Positions 1-10,392 of a DNA stretch of 64,000 nt are shown piece by piece. Under the pieces are notes generated by a model. The model saw nothing but the letters and a program-made list of their open reading frames with translations. It was not told the DNA's origin and did not search any database. The stretch covers positions 1,791 through 65,790 of the forward strand of contig JAWAYL010000003.1 in the NCBI GenBank assembly GCA_038818725.1. Reading direction: 5' to 3'. The stretch comes from Thermoplasmatota archaeon. GTDB lineage: Archaea; Thermoplasmatota; E2; UBA202; JdFR-43. Positions within the stretch are counted from its first letter, which is position 1. The number at the start of each line of letters is the position of its first letter. The translations under genes were made by a program, and so were the position numbers.

Positions 1-2988
1 GGAGATGTATGCGATGCAGCAATTTTAGGTGTAGTAGTTGCTCCAGAATTTGAAACAGATTATACATGCGGACCAGCAAATCCAGTTGAAGTTCCAATAA
101 CAGTAACAGTTAAGAATAATGGAACGCTTGGTCCAGAAGATATTGGACCAATACCAGTTAAAGTTCAGGTATTCCACAAATTGAAGAAAGTGCTGGTTGA
201 GGAGGACTTTGAAGAAGGAGAAGATAGTCTAAATGACTGGATGTTAGCATTTTCAAGCTATGACTTTACTGGACCAACATTTATAGAACATGTAACAAAT
301 TATGATGCAAATACTGGACAATATGCCCTTGCATACTTCACAGAAGGACCAAATACAAATAGATATTATATAGATGGAATGAACCAAGGTATATTTACAC
401 CATCATTTAATGTTCCGCCTGCATATGCAAAGCATGTATGGTTTGACTATGCAGCAAAGTGGAACATGGCTCCTCATCCATTTGGAGGAGCATGGGCAAC
501 CCAGAGATGGAATTATAGATATTCAATTTATTACACTGGATATGTTTATGGATGGGATGCATGGGCGCCAGGCATATTGGATGACTTCGCAAACGCATTC
601 TTATTTGGATTCCCAACAAGCAGGTTAGGATATACAATATTCAACAATAATGGAATGCATACAACACCAGCAAGTGCCCCAACATTTATGGATAGATGGA
701 ACAATCCAAAAGTATTCATATCTTCGCCATATAGATGGTATTATGTAAATCAACTCCATGAATTCCATGGATGGTATCCAGCTTATCCGGATTGGGTGGA
801 TGTTGATTACAAGCCAATGGATATATTCCATATTGATATCAAAGATTGGATTAACGTATATAAGGGAATGGGCTACTTAAACATGGATATGCGCCTTGGA
901 TGGCTGATGAGCACTGCAGAATATGGTATATATGGATATTATTCACCAAACTATAATTCAGCATTCCCAGCATGGAGCGGTTTGATGGTTGATGACGTAT
1001 CAATTTACTATGATTATGCAGGAGCAAAAGTTTGGGAAATGACAAAGACAATTGAACTTAAGCCTGGAGAAACTGGACAACTAACATTCAGATGGAATGC
1101 AACAGATTTCTGCGACTATATAATAGTTGCAACAGTTGATTTGGATTGTGATATGGATCCAACAAATAATGAAAAGGATGCAGAGACAAGAATATATACA
1201 ACAATTTATGAAGAGCCATATGAATATAAATGGAAGCAAGAAGATAATACATTTGGCTTGCCAGATAACTGGCATGTTGTAGAGGAATGCTCAATTTGCC
1301 CAACAAATCACTTCTGGTGGAATGGAGTTGAATCATACAATGGATATGAACCAAATACACATGATGTATTGATAATAAATAGAGGATTTAACACAACAGA
1401 GCAAGAGCCCTATCTTGAAATTGACTTCGATACAAAATACTTGCTTGAAACAGAGTATGATTATGGATATGTTGAAATAAGCAATGACACATTCTACTGG
1501 TATGAAGAGCCAGCAGGCGACCCAGGATGGAGATTAAATACAAAAGGAATATGGTGGATAGTAGCAGAGGATGGAGAGGGTAATTCAGGCATATTCACTG
1601 GACAGAATCCATCATGGCCAGAATTTGACCATGTATCATTGCAGATTACTCCAGGAACAGTATTAGTGGAAGAAATGACAGGAACTGCTATGGTAATTGA
1701 CTCATCATTCTTCAGCACACCAATTTCAGTAAGATTTAAGATGTATTCAGATAGTGGCGTATGCTGGAAGGGATGGTTCATTGATAATGTAAATATTTCA
1801 TATGCAGGCACTGATGGAATGCACTGGCACGAATTCCTCGATACAATGGAAATTCCAGAATTTACAGCAGCAAACTGGCTGCACATGAAATGGTATTCTG
1901 GATGTCACTGGCATGAAACAAGCACATTTGGATTGCCACATCCATCACCAGATGGAAAGTGGTTCTGGAATGGAGTGCCTGTTTTAGGAAACACCTATTA
2001 CCTTGATGTAGATGAGAAACTTGTAATTGAATATGATTTAACTCATGCATATGAAGCAATATTAACATTTGAATATAACTATAGCTTCAGTCAAACATAT
2101 GATTTATTTACTTCAACATACACATATGACTATGGATATGTTGAAATAAGCACAGATGGAGGAAAGACATGGGACTTAATTAAGATATATGGAGGAACAT
2201 ATGGAGATGGATTGAATTCAGGAAATGCATGGAAGAAGAGAACAATTGATATAAGCAAATATGCTGGAGGAGATAAACCAATATTGATACGCTTCCGCTT
2301 CGTTGATGATAGTGGCTATGATCCATTTACTGGTGCTCCAACAGTTAGCTATGGATGGCTAATTGATAATATAAGCATAATTGGAAAAGTTGATTACATT
2401 GCACCAACTGCAAGCCATTCAATTGATCCAGCAACACCAAATGGATGCAATGGATGGTATAAGAGCGATGTAACAATTACATTAACAGCAAATGATAATA
2501 CTGGAATTAAAGCAATATATTATCGCATTGATGGCGGCTCATGGCAGGTATATACAAAACCATTCAAAGTAACAACAGATGGAAATCATAAGGTTGAATA
2601 CTATGCAGAAGATATTGTAGGCAATACATCACCAGTTGGAACAATAACATTCAAGATAGATAAGACCGCACCAACAGTAACAATAACTGCTCCACAAGCT
2701 GGCTATATCTATCTGTTTGGCAGACAGCTCTTCAAGAACCCACTCGGTGGAACACTTATAATTGGAGGAATCTACTTTGAAGCAACTGCAAGCGATGCAA
2801 CAAGCGGAGTTGACTATGTATCATTTAACATAAACGGCTATACATATGACGATGCAAGCGCACCATACAAGATATGGTGGCACAAGTTCGACTTAATGCC
2901 AACGAAATATACATTGACAGTTTCAGCGTACGACGAAGCATGCAACAAAGCAGCAGATCAAACATTAAGCTTTACACACTGGCTATAA
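1..2988 (+). CDS. 5'-truncated large secreted surface protein: CARDB-like module at window start, two jelly-roll/MAM-like modules, Ig-like C-terminal region
   Basis: Frame 1 is open from nt 1 with no stop before the annotated M at 181, so the start lies upstream of the window. Repeated DYGYVEIS...GW[FL]IDN[VI] motifs; aromatic-rich beta-sandwich composition. May be the C-terminal part of another C25-type protein. Confidence 0.6.
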   Translation, partial: GDVCDAAILGVVVAPEFETDYTCGPANPVEVPITVTVKNNGTLGPEDIGPIPVKVQVFHKLKKVLVEEDFEEGEDSLNDWMLAFSSYDFTGPTFIEHVTNYDANTGQYALAYFTEGPNTNRYYIDGMNQGIFTPSFNVPPAYAKHVWFDYAAKWNMAPHPFGGAWATQRWNYRYSIYYTGYVYGWDAWAPGILDDFANAFLFGFPTSRLGYTIFNNNGMHTTPASAPTFMDRWNNPKVFISSPYRWYYVNQLHEFHGWYPAYPDWVDVDYKPMDIFHIDIKDWINVYKGMGYLNMDMRLGWLMSTAEYGIYGYYSPNYNSAFPAWSGLMVDDVSIYYDYAGAKVWEMTKTIELKPGETGQLTFRWNATDFCDYIIVATVDLDCDMDPTNNEKDAETRIYTTIYEEPYEYKWKQEDNTFGLPDNWHVVEECSICPTNHFWWNGVESYNGYEPNTHDVLIINRGFNTTEQEPYLEIDFDTKYLLETEYDYGYVEISNDTFYWYEEPAGDPGWRLNTKGIWWIVAEDGEGNSGIFTGQNPSWPEFDHVSLQITPGTVLVEEMTGTAMVIDSSFFSTPISVRFKMYSDSGVCWKGWFIDNVNISYAGTDGMHWHEFLDTMEIPEFTAANWLHMKWYSGCHWHETSTFGLPHPSPDGKWFWNGVPVLGNTYYLDVDEKLVIEYDLTHAYEAILTFEYNYSFSQTYDLFTSTYTYDYGYVEISTDGGKTWDLIKIYGGTYGDGLNSGNAWKKRTIDISKYAGGDKPILIRFRFVDDSGYDPFTGAPTVSYGWLIDNISIIGKVDYIAPTASHSIDPATPNGCNGWYKSDVTITLTANDNTGIKAIYYRIDGGSWQVYTKPFKVTTDGNHKVEYYAEDIVGNTSPVGTITFKIDKTAPTVTITAPQAGYIYLFGRQLFKNPLGGTLIIGGIYFEATASDATSGVDYVSFNINGYTYDDASAPYKIWWHKFDLMPTKYTLTVSAYDEACNKAADQTLSFTHWL

Positions 2989-3214
2989 GCCAACCCTCTT
3001 CCTCTTTTTATATATTTTTATAAAAATTGAAATTATTTTAGTTTCTTTCCTGTTCATCTAAGCAAGAAAGCAATTTTGCCTCTTCTTTTCATGAGCTATC
3101 AAATTATTTTGAAGGAAAACCAAGATTTTTCGAATTTACTGCTTGAAAGCATATAAAGGCTTCATCAAAAAATTTATTTATATCTTACTAATTTATTTTA
3201 GGAGGCTGATAAAA

Positions 3215-4861
3215 ATGAAAGGAAAAAAAATGCTGGCAACAATTCTGGTAACAATAGTAATTGGAGCAATTTTTGTAAGTGGAACAAAAAGCAATGAGCC
3301 ATTAAAAATAAGCGAATCTGAAAAAATAAAAGTAGACAAGGCAACAAACGCGCATAAGGACTTATGCATTGAATTAAAAACATTGGAAAAGAAAAATATT
3401 CCTCTACCACTTGGGGATATACCAGTAACAGGAAGTGAGACAGATGAAATGCACCCCGCAATTGCAAGCGATGGCATAGGAAATATATGGCTTGCATTTG
3501 AAGGAGATTTACAGCAAACAGGTGAATACAATGTATGGTTTACCTACGGAACAGGAGGAGGCAGTACATGGGCTGAAGAGGCTGTTGCCTGGAATATAGA
3601 AAGCCCAGAAAGACCATCTCTTGATTATTGGGGAGGAACAAGATTCTTTGGAACAATGGTTCCAAGCCCTTATGATGCAGATGGTGGAGCCCTTTATCTA
3701 TTCTCATGTGAAGACCCGACAAATTTTGATACCTATAGTGGTGTATATTGGACAGTAAATGACCTTGGCGCAGGATATTACGGCTTTTCAGATGTTGATA
3801 TAGCATGCGATAATGCTCTTGAAAGCTGGGCATATGGCGGAATTTCAATTCTTGGAGAGCATGGCTCGGGATTGACAAAAACACCTCTATTTTCATATCA
3901 ATGCACTGAAGAAGGAGTTGCTTGGTTCTATTATTTTAGTGATGTTGAAAACGATCCATTTACAATTGAAAACGGGCAATCAACTGCTTTTGATATCGAT
4001 CCAGTAACACATCTTGCTTACCCAATATGGAATTATATGAATGCAGAAACAGGATTTCTTGATATATTCTTCTACATCTTTGACTTTGGAACATGGGATG
4101 AATACCAGGGATATCCAATTCATCCAGATGTTGGAGGAGGTTTCATAAATACAACAGGAACAAATGATAGGAATATAGATATATCCGCATATAACAACAA
4201 TATTATAATCGTTTCACAGACAGAAGAGGGTGGAAATCAAGATATTACATGCTACTATTCAAATGATGGTCTTCAGACAGTTAATAAGGTTATGATTGCA
4301 AATACAGGAGAGAATGAAATGTATCCAAGAGTTATGCATACTGGAGAAAATACCGCAATATGCATATTTGTAAAGAATGGGAATCTATACTTCACTCAAA
4401 CTGAAGATGGAGGAGCAACATGGTTGGAGCCAATAAAAATTAATGATGTCGATGGAAGTGTTGCAGAGGAATATGACACCGCAGATATTTGTAAAGCAGG
4501 AGCAATATGGATGGATAACAGAAATGGAAATTATGATTTGTTCTTTGATACTGTTGGAGCATTCCCCGTGATAGGAATCGAAAGCATTTCTGGCGGATTT
4601 GGAGCAAAAGCAACAATAGCAAACATTGGAAATGCACCAGCTAAAAATGTTAAATGGAGCATTGATTTAGAAGGGAAGCTTGTATTAATAGGAAAGCATA
4701 AGGAAGGAATAATTTCAGAAATTCAACCAGGAGCAAGTGTAACAGTAAGCACTGGCTTAGTTCTAGGAATTGGAAAAGTAAACATAAAGGCAAAGGCAGG
4801 AGATGCTTCAGCAACTGCAACCGCTTTTCTGCTCGGCCCATTTGTGCTGGGCGTGAGCTAA
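3215..4861 (+). CDS. Secreted BNR/Asp-box repeat protein (beta-propeller-like)
   Basis: GGAGG RBS 5 nt before ATG 3215. N-terminal signal/TM MLATILVTIVIGAIFVSG. Asp-box-like motifs GTGGGSTW, TEDGGATW, YSNDGLQT. Confidence 0.55.
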   Translation: MKGKKMLATILVTIVIGAIFVSGTKSNEPLKISESEKIKVDKATNAHKDLCIELKTLEKKNIPLPLGDIPVTGSETDEMHPAIASDGIGNIWLAFEGDLQQTGEYNVWFTYGTGGGSTWAEEAVAWNIESPERPSLDYWGGTRFFGTMVPSPYDADGGALYLFSCEDPTNFDTYSGVYWTVNDLGAGYYGFSDVDIACDNALESWAYGGISILGEHGSGLTKTPLFSYQCTEEGVAWFYYFSDVENDPFTIENGQSTAFDIDPVTHLAYPIWNYMNAETGFLDIFFYIFDFGTWDEYQGYPIHPDVGGGFINTTGTNDRNIDISAYNNNIIIVSQTEEGGNQDITCYYSNDGLQTVNKVMIANTGENEMYPRVMHTGENTAICIFVKNGNLYFTQTEDGGATWLEPIKINDVDGSVAEEYDTADICKAGAIWMDNRNGNYDLFFDTVGAFPVIGIESISGGFGAKATIANIGNAPAKNVKWSIDLEGKLVLIGKHKEGIISEIQPGASVTVSTGLVLGIGKVNIKAKAGDASATATAFLLGPFVLGVS

Positions 4862-4900
4862 CCTTTTCCCTTTTTTATTTTAAAAATATTTATATCTTTT

Positions 4901-6226
4901 TTGTTTAATATTATGGCTGTTGCATTAACAATTGCTGGAAGCGATAGTGGTGGAGGAGCTGGCTTGCAGGCTGATTTGAAAACCTTTGCAGTTTTTTATG
5001 TTCATGGAATTTGTGCTTTAACAGGAATAACAATTCAAAATTCTTCAAAAATAGAAGAAATTTATGATTTGCCTCCTTCGCTTGTAAAAAAGCAGATTGA
5101 AATCCTTGCAAATGATTTTGATATAAATTCAGCTAAAACTGGAATGCTAAGAAATAGTAAAATAATAAAAGCTGTTGCAAGCATCATTTCAAAATATGAT
5201 TTTCCTCTTATTGCTGACCCTGTTATTCTTTCAAAAAGTGGATATGAACTGCTTAAGGAAGATGCAATAGATGACTTCATAAATTTTATCTTCCCTATTT
5301 CCTATCTTATAACTCCAAACAGGTATGAAGCAGAAAAGTTAAGCGGAATAAAAATAAAAAGCAAAGCAGATGTAGAAAAAGCTTTAAAAATTTTGAAGAA
5401 AAAAGGAGCAAACTCCATTTTAATAAAAGGAGGACACTTTACAAACAAAACAGATTATCTTTTTCATGAAGGAAAAATTCTTGAATATAAAGGAAAAAAT
5501 ATAGAAGGATGCAAGCATGGCGCGGGCTGCAGTTTTTCAGCAGCAATCACCGCAAATCTTGCAAAAGGAGTTGAACTTAAAGAAAGCATCAGAATAGCAA
5601 AGAATTTTATAGAATTTGCAATAAAGCATGCAGAAAAAATTAAAAAAAATTGTCCAGTAAATCAGATTTCATGGGTAGCAAAAGATGCAGAAAAATGGCG
5701 AGTTTATGAAGAATTAAAATTTTACTTAGATGAGCTTTTAAAAGAAAATATTTATGATTTAATTCCTGAAGTGGGAACAAATTTCGCATATGCTCTTCCG
5801 AAAATTTTTTTAGAAAATGAAAATGATGTTTTAGCAATTGAAGGAAGAATAATAAAAGCTGGAAAAAATTTAAGAGCTGGAGAAATAAAATTTGGGGCAT
5901 CAAAGCATTTAGCAAAAGCAATAATAAAAGCAATGGAATATGATGAAAGCATAAGATGTGCAATAAATATAAAGTATGATGAAAATTTAATAAGAAATGC
6001 TAAAAAAATTTATACTGTTTCTTCATATGATAGAAGGAAGGAGCCAAAAGAAATAAAAAATAAAGAAGGGAAAAGCATCTCATGGGGAACTGAATTTGCA
6101 ATTAAAAAAGTAGCAAAAGTGCCAGACTTAATTTTTCATAAAGGAGATGTTGGTAAGGAAGCAATGATAACAATTTTTGGAAAAAATCCTTCTGATGTGG
6201 TTGAAAAATTAAGGAAAGTAATCTAA
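4901..6226 (+). CDS. thiDN: Bifunctional ThiDN (HMP/HMP-P kinase ThiD domain fused to archaeal thiamine-phosphate synthase ThiN domain)
   Basis: N-terminus ALTIAGSDSGGGAGLQADLKT is the ThiD signature. About 440 aa, typical of archaeal ThiD-ThiN fusions. Confidence 0.8.
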   Translation: MFNIMAVALTIAGSDSGGGAGLQADLKTFAVFYVHGICALTGITIQNSSKIEEIYDLPPSLVKKQIEILANDFDINSAKTGMLRNSKIIKAVASIISKYDFPLIADPVILSKSGYELLKEDAIDDFINFIFPISYLITPNRYEAEKLSGIKIKSKADVEKALKILKKKGANSILIKGGHFTNKTDYLFHEGKILEYKGKNIEGCKHGAGCSFSAAITANLAKGVELKESIRIAKNFIEFAIKHAEKIKKNCPVNQISWVAKDAEKWRVYEELKFYLDELLKENIYDLIPEVGTNFAYALPKIFLENENDVLAIEGRIIKAGKNLRAGEIKFGASKHLAKAIIKAMEYDESIRCAINIKYDENLIRNAKKIYTVSSYDRRKEPKEIKNKEGKSISWGTEFAIKKVAKVPDLIFHKGDVGKEAMITIFGKNPSDVVEKLRKVI

Positions 6227-7573
6227 TTATTTTCCTCCATGCCTTGTTTCTCTTGTTCTTACTTCAACAAAAATTGGGCAGGCTAAAGGCATGCCAGCAA
6301 CTATTGCAACTCCTATAGGAAGAGTTTGAATTTCATTTGAAGAAGATGAATCAAGTCCTTCAACGCTTGAAGTTATTGCTTTAAGATCATTTGGATTTGT
6401 TGTTTTAAGTATTATATGTGTATTGCACTGTGAGATAACATTTTTATCTATCCTTGCTGGGCGCTGTGTTAAAATTGCAAGCCCTACCCCAAATTTTCTT
6501 CCTTCCGAAGCTATATTTCTTATTATATTGCTTGCAATGCTTTTTCCCTGTCCTTTTTCAGGGCAATATCTATGGGCTTCTTCAATAACTATAAGCAATG
6601 GAGGGATTGAATTATTTTTTCTTTCTTCAAATATTCTTGTGAGCAATATTGAGACAAGCATTTCCTGAATATAAGGAGGAACGCCTCTCATATTTATTAT
6701 CGAGCAATTTCCCTTTTTTACAATTTCATCTAAAGGAGTGTAATATTTTGAGAAAATACCCATTGATATTATTTGCTCCATTTGATTTATCAGCCCCCAT
6801 TTTGCGCTGCTCTTTGCTTCCTTTATTTCTTCAAGGATATCCTCCATAGTATATATTCTTTTTTCGCTCGCATTTTTCCATGCCTCATATAGCAACCCTT
6901 TTTGCACTTGAGTTGCTTCAGGAAATAGATAAAGCAAATCCTGAAATGATAAATTTACCTCATCGAGCAAAAGAGGAATTGCATCTCTATTATTACTACA
7001 TATAGGAGAGTATTCAAAAACATTTTTTGCATAACTTTTTGGACTTACTTCAAATTTTTTCATTTCCTCCATTTCCTCAAAGTTTGGATGCCTTAAAGAA
7101 GTATATTCTCCATGTGGATCTATTATCAGTACAGCATTCCCTTTTTTTATAAATTCTTCTATTATTACTCCCATTGTATAGCTTTTTCCACTCCCACTTT
7201 TCGCAAGTATGCATATATGCTTCTGAATAAGTATTTCAGGAGAAAGAAAAACCTTAATATTCATGTCCTTCAGAATTCCTAAATAAATTCCTTCGTTTTC
7301 TATTCCAATTATCTTCCTTATTGTTTCTTCATCTGCTTTATAAACTTTTTCGCCAACGCTAAATGGAGTTCTTACCATATACTTTTCTTCAGTTGAACCA
7401 ATAATATTTGCTTTTGCAAATGTTCCATCACTTCTATTAAAAATTTCCCATACTTGTGATAAAATTTTATTTTCATGAAAAACACACACATAATCAAGCT
7501 TCTTTATTTCTTGGGATGCTTTGAATATAAAATAAGAAGTAGTTCCCTCTATTATTTCCCCTATTTCTTCCAT
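6227..7573 (-). CDS. HerA-like / DUF87 P-loop ATPase
   Basis: Walker A ILAKSGSGKSYT, Walker B LLIVIEEAH, C-terminal NTHIILKTTNPNDL. About 450 aa. Confidence 0.6.
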   Translation of the reverse strand: MEEIGEIIEGTTSYFIFKASQEIKKLDYVCVFHENKILSQVWEIFNRSDGTFAKANIIGSTEEKYMVRTPFSVGEKVYKADEETIRKIIGIENEGIYLGILKDMNIKVFLSPEILIQKHICILAKSGSGKSYTMGVIIEEFIKKGNAVLIIDPHGEYTSLRHPNFEEMEEMKKFEVSPKSYAKNVFEYSPICSNNRDAIPLLLDEVNLSFQDLLYLFPEATQVQKGLLYEAWKNASEKRIYTMEDILEEIKEAKSSAKWGLINQMEQIISMGIFSKYYTPLDEIVKKGNCSIINMRGVPPYIQEMLVSILLTRIFEERKNNSIPPLLIVIEEAHRYCPEKGQGKSIASNIIRNIASEGRKFGVGLAILTQRPARIDKNVISQCNTHIILKTTNPNDLKAITSSVEGLDSSSSNEIQTLPIGVAIVAGMPLACPIFVEVRTRETRHGGK

Positions 7574-8343
7574 TATCCTATATACCTCAAATCCTCTCTT
7601 TCGCCCTTTTCTTTTTCAATTATCGACCTTTCAATGCTCTTTATTCTTTCAGTAATTTTTCTAAGCTCTTCTGCTTTCCTATCCAAGCTTGAGAGGCTTA
7701 TTTTCAGTCCAAGAATTTTTGTAAGCACATTTGCAACCTCTCTTGCAGAATTCGGATCAACAATATATCCAGAGGTTTCGCCCATAAGGCAAGCTCCTCT
7801 CATTCCACGCAATTTCCCAAGCCCCAGAAGCAATCCGGAAGCACCAACTATGCCCCCTCCTTCCTCATCCTTAAATATCACTCCATGCTTTTTAAGTTCT
7901 TCAACAAGTTCCTTGTCTGTGGCTGCGCCCGTGACGCGAGGACGCTCTACTTCTATGCCCAGCCCGTAGCCGCCGAGAGTGAAAATCATTTTAACTCCAA
8001 AAGCTTCGGCCAAATCAAGTATTTTTTCCGCAAGCATATATTGGCCATGAGGGGAAAGAGCCTGGTAATCGCCAGTAAGGATGATTAAATCTTTTTCTCC
8101 TTTCCAGTAGAAGAATTCATTTTTTACAAGCCTTACTACTCCATCTGACCCAATTATAACCTGGGGTGGGAAATCTGTAGAGTATAGCTCAGCAAATTTC
8201 TTTGCCTTTATTTCCTCTATAATATGCTCAGCTGCTATTTTTCCAACATTTCCTATACCAGGTAGCCCTTCAATTAATATTGGCTCTTTAAGCTGGGGTT
8301 TTTCCAGATACACTATTTTTATTTCCTCAATTTTTTTTGCCAT
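7573..8343 (-). CDS. PAC2-family protein (archaeal proteasome assembly chaperone-like)
   Basis: LPGIGNVG motif near N-terminus; about 255 aa. Its stop overlaps the start of the upstream ATPase by 1 nt. Confidence 0.6.
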   Translation of the reverse strand: MAKKIEEIKIVYLEKPQLKEPILIEGLPGIGNVGKIAAEHIIEEIKAKKFAELYSTDFPPQVIIGSDGVVRLVKNEFFYWKGEKDLIILTGDYQALSPHGQYMLAEKILDLAEAFGVKMIFTLGGYGLGIEVERPRVTGAATDKELVEELKKHGVIFKDEEGGGIVGASGLLLGLGKLRGMRGACLMGETSGYIVDPNSAREVANVLTKILGLKISLSSLDRKAEELRKITERIKSIERSIIEKEKGEREDLRYIG

Positions 8344-8484
8344 ATTTTTCCTCCTTTAACATTCTCCTATATTTACCATATTTATCTTGAGGGGAGAAGC
8401 GAGGTGGTTCTTTTTTTTGCGTCTCCGAGTTGCATACTGGACAATATTTTTTAAGAGTATATCTGTTGCATTTCTGACAATATT

Positions 8485-9258
8485 TCATTTCATTTCCCTT
8501 ATGAATTTTCCATCCCCTTTATGTTTTTTTATGTATTCAATTGCTTTATTTACATTTTCCTTTAATTTTTTTTCCGCCACTTTGTAGTCAGGTGCAATCA
8601 CTTCAATTCTATATAATGGGGCGGATATATATTTTACTCTAATTTTCAATTCATTTTCCTCCTCTATTTTTTCAAGAGCTTTTTTGATATGTTTTATTCC
8701 ATCACTTGTTGGGCAGGTTAATTCAACATATCCATTTATTTCAACAAAAGGAATTATTATATTCTGTTTTGCAATTTCTATAAATGCATCAACCCACTCT
8801 TCATTAAATTCTTTTCTGAACTTCTTTTCATTTTTGATCGCATCTTCAAAAGCACTATAGAGGGTGTTATATTTTTTTAGCAATTTTTCCTCAACTTCAT
8901 CATAGAATTCATCGAAATTTTTGCCTATTTTATTCGCAACTATTTCAATCAATTTTTTTGCTTTCTGCTCATTTTTCCATTGCTCTATTTTCTCCCTTTT
9001 TTGATGCTCAGTAACTCTCTTCAACGATAAATCAACATATCCTTTAGAAGGATCAACATTCATTACCTTGCAAACTATTCTTTGCCCTTCCCTAACATAT
9101 TCTCTTATATTTTTAACCCATCCAGAAGCCACTTCCTTTATATGCAAAAAACCTTTTTTATCAGGATATTCTTCGAGCTTGACAAAAGCCCCAAATCCTT
9201 TTGCCTGCGTTACAGTGCATATAACTAAATCTCCCTTTTCAGGTAAATCCTTTCCCAT
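8485..9258 (-). CDS. eif2a: Translation initiation factor 2 alpha subunit (aIF2-alpha)
   Basis: S1 domain (GDLVICTVTQAKGFGAFVKLEEY) and length about 257 aa. Conserved L44e-S27e-aIF2alpha operon order. Confidence 0.85.
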   Translation of the reverse strand: MGKDLPEKGDLVICTVTQAKGFGAFVKLEEYPDKKGFLHIKEVASGWVKNIREYVREGQRIVCKVMNVDPSKGYVDLSLKRVTEHQKREKIEQWKNEQKAKKLIEIVANKIGKNFDEFYDEVEEKLLKKYNTLYSAFEDAIKNEKKFRKEFNEEWVDAFIEIAKQNIIIPFVEINGYVELTCPTSDGIKHIKKALEKIEEENELKIRVKYISAPLYRIEVIAPDYKVAEKKLKENVNKAIEYIKKHKGDGKFIREMK

Positions 9259-9430
9259 GTTTTAGCTCAGCTACTATTTCACCCTTTATTTTAGCCTTCC
9301 CGCCAGTCGGGCTTGCTAGTATGCTTCCGCAAACCTGGCATTGAACTTGAATGCTTGCCTTGCTGAATATTATCTGCAAATTTCCACAATCCTTACATCT
9401 AACCTTATAAAAGCTAGAGGGCATATTCAC
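9239..9430 (-). CDS. rps27e: 30S ribosomal protein S27e
   Basis: 63 aa, C4 zinc ribbon CKDCGN...CQVCG, FYKVRC motif. Confidence 0.85.
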   Translation of the reverse strand: MNMPSSFYKVRCKDCGNLQIIFSKASIQVQCQVCGSILASPTGGKAKIKGEIVAELKHGKGFT

Positions 9431-9705
9431 CTCTTTATTTCAAATTTTTTAGCCCTTATGCCTTCTTTCTGATGAGCCTTTCCACACTCCTTGCATTTAT
9501 ATCGGAGATGAACTCTTTTTGTTGGCTTCTCTCTTCCCTCTGGCTTTGGGCGAGGATAACCACCATAGCCAGCCGTCACGCGTCTAAATCTTCTCTGTCC
9601 CCACTTCAATTCAGATGCCTTTTTTTTCTTAACTCTTTCTATTGAATGCTCTGTATGATGTTTGCAATATGGACAGTATGTCTTTATTATGGCGGGTCTA
9701 ATCAT
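9427..9705 (-). CDS. rpl44e: 50S ribosomal protein L44e
   Basis: 92 aa, [11 protein letters not shown]...CKECGK zinc ribbon, basic composition. Confidence 0.85.
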   Translation of the reverse strand: MIRPAIIKTYCPYCKHHTEHSIERVKKKKASELKWGQRRFRRVTAGYGGYPRPKPEGREKPTKRVHLRYKCKECGKAHQKEGIRAKKFEIKR

Positions 9706-9725
9706 GATGTTGTAATAGGAAATAA

Positions 9726-9733
9726 TATATAAA
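9726..9733 (-). promoter_or_regulatory. Putative TATA box (TTTATATA on the minus strand) for the L44e-S27e-aIF2alpha operon; likely leaderless transcript
   Basis: TATA-like octamer about 20-28 nt upstream of the L44e start codon at 9705. Confidence 0.3.
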
Positions 9734-9760
9734 AATGTTTAGTTTTAGTTTATTAAAAAA

Positions 9761-10186
9761 TTACATTTCCAGATAAACAACATCATCTTCATGTGCTGAA
9801 ATAAATTTTTTTATGACTTCAATCTCTTTTGGTTTCATACTTCTTTGGTTGTTTTCCTTATAATATGTATTCCCGATTACCATTAGAATTTCCTCTGTCA
9901 CTCCTTTTTCTTTTAATATTTTAAGTGTTTCGTATGCCTTTTTCAATTCTTCTTCAACATCTTTCCTGTGAGCTTCTAAAGAATAATGAAAATATTTAAT
10001 TTCTACACACAATAGAAACAGGTTATCCTTACCATCATCAACATCTGTTATAGCTATATCTATGTCTCCTCCTCCTCTTTTTCTATTTTTAAATTTTAAT
10101 ATTTCCTCAACAGCTGCATTCCATTTTTCGTTTATAGTTTTATTTTCTTTAAATTGATTTTTTTTAATTTGAAATTCTGAATGCAC
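9761..10186 (-). CDS. Hypothetical protein with PD-(D/E)xK nuclease-like motif
   Basis: DIDIAITDVDDGKDNLFLLCVEIKY fits a D...(D/E)xK core. Only GTG/TTG starts are available in frame, so it may be fused by frameshift to the upstream 75-aa ORF. Confidence 0.4.
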   Translation of the reverse strand: MHSEFQIKKNQFKENKTINEKWNAAVEEILKFKNRKRGGGDIDIAITDVDDGKDNLFLLCVEIKYFHYSLEAHRKDVEEELKKAYETLKILKEKGVTEEILMVIGNTYYKENNQRSMKPKEIEVIKKFISAHEDDVVYLEM

Positions 10187-10391
10187 ATATCCAATTTGTT
10201 TTTCCTCGATTTTGTTGAGAAAATAAATGTATTATATATGTTCTTAAATCTGATTCATTCCAGCAGACGAAAGGATAATCACGCTTACGGGAAAAATTTT
10301 GGATTCTCTCCTCATAAAATTCATGATATCCCTTTGCACTTTCCCTAAAAAGATTTTTTATTTGAGAAGCGGTTATTTTTCGATTAATCAT
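10164..10391 (-). CDS. Small hypothetical protein (75 aa) overlapping the downstream nuclease-like ORF by 23 nt
   Basis: ORF with ATG start; no recognisable domain. Possible N-terminal half of a frameshifted gene. Confidence 0.3.
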   Translation of the reverse strand: MINRKITASQIKNLFRESAKGYHEFYEERIQNFSRKRDYPFVCWNESDLRTYIIHLFSQQNRGKTNWICAFRISN

Positions 10392-10392
10392 C

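Noticed and set aside
407-2068. Multiple 60-130 aa ORFs on the minus strand inside the first large gene
   Set aside because: They are antisense shadow ORFs of a clearly coding plus-strand gene, with low-complexity translations.
3143-3214. Upstream extension of the BNR protein ORF (MKAYKGFIKK...)
   Set aside because: A GGAGG RBS sits in front of the ATG at 3215 and the signal peptide starts there. The extension is AT-rich promoter-like sequence.
7475-7969. 164-aa plus-strand ORF
   Set aside because: It is antisense to the PAC2 gene and has a Ser/Pro-rich low-complexity translation.
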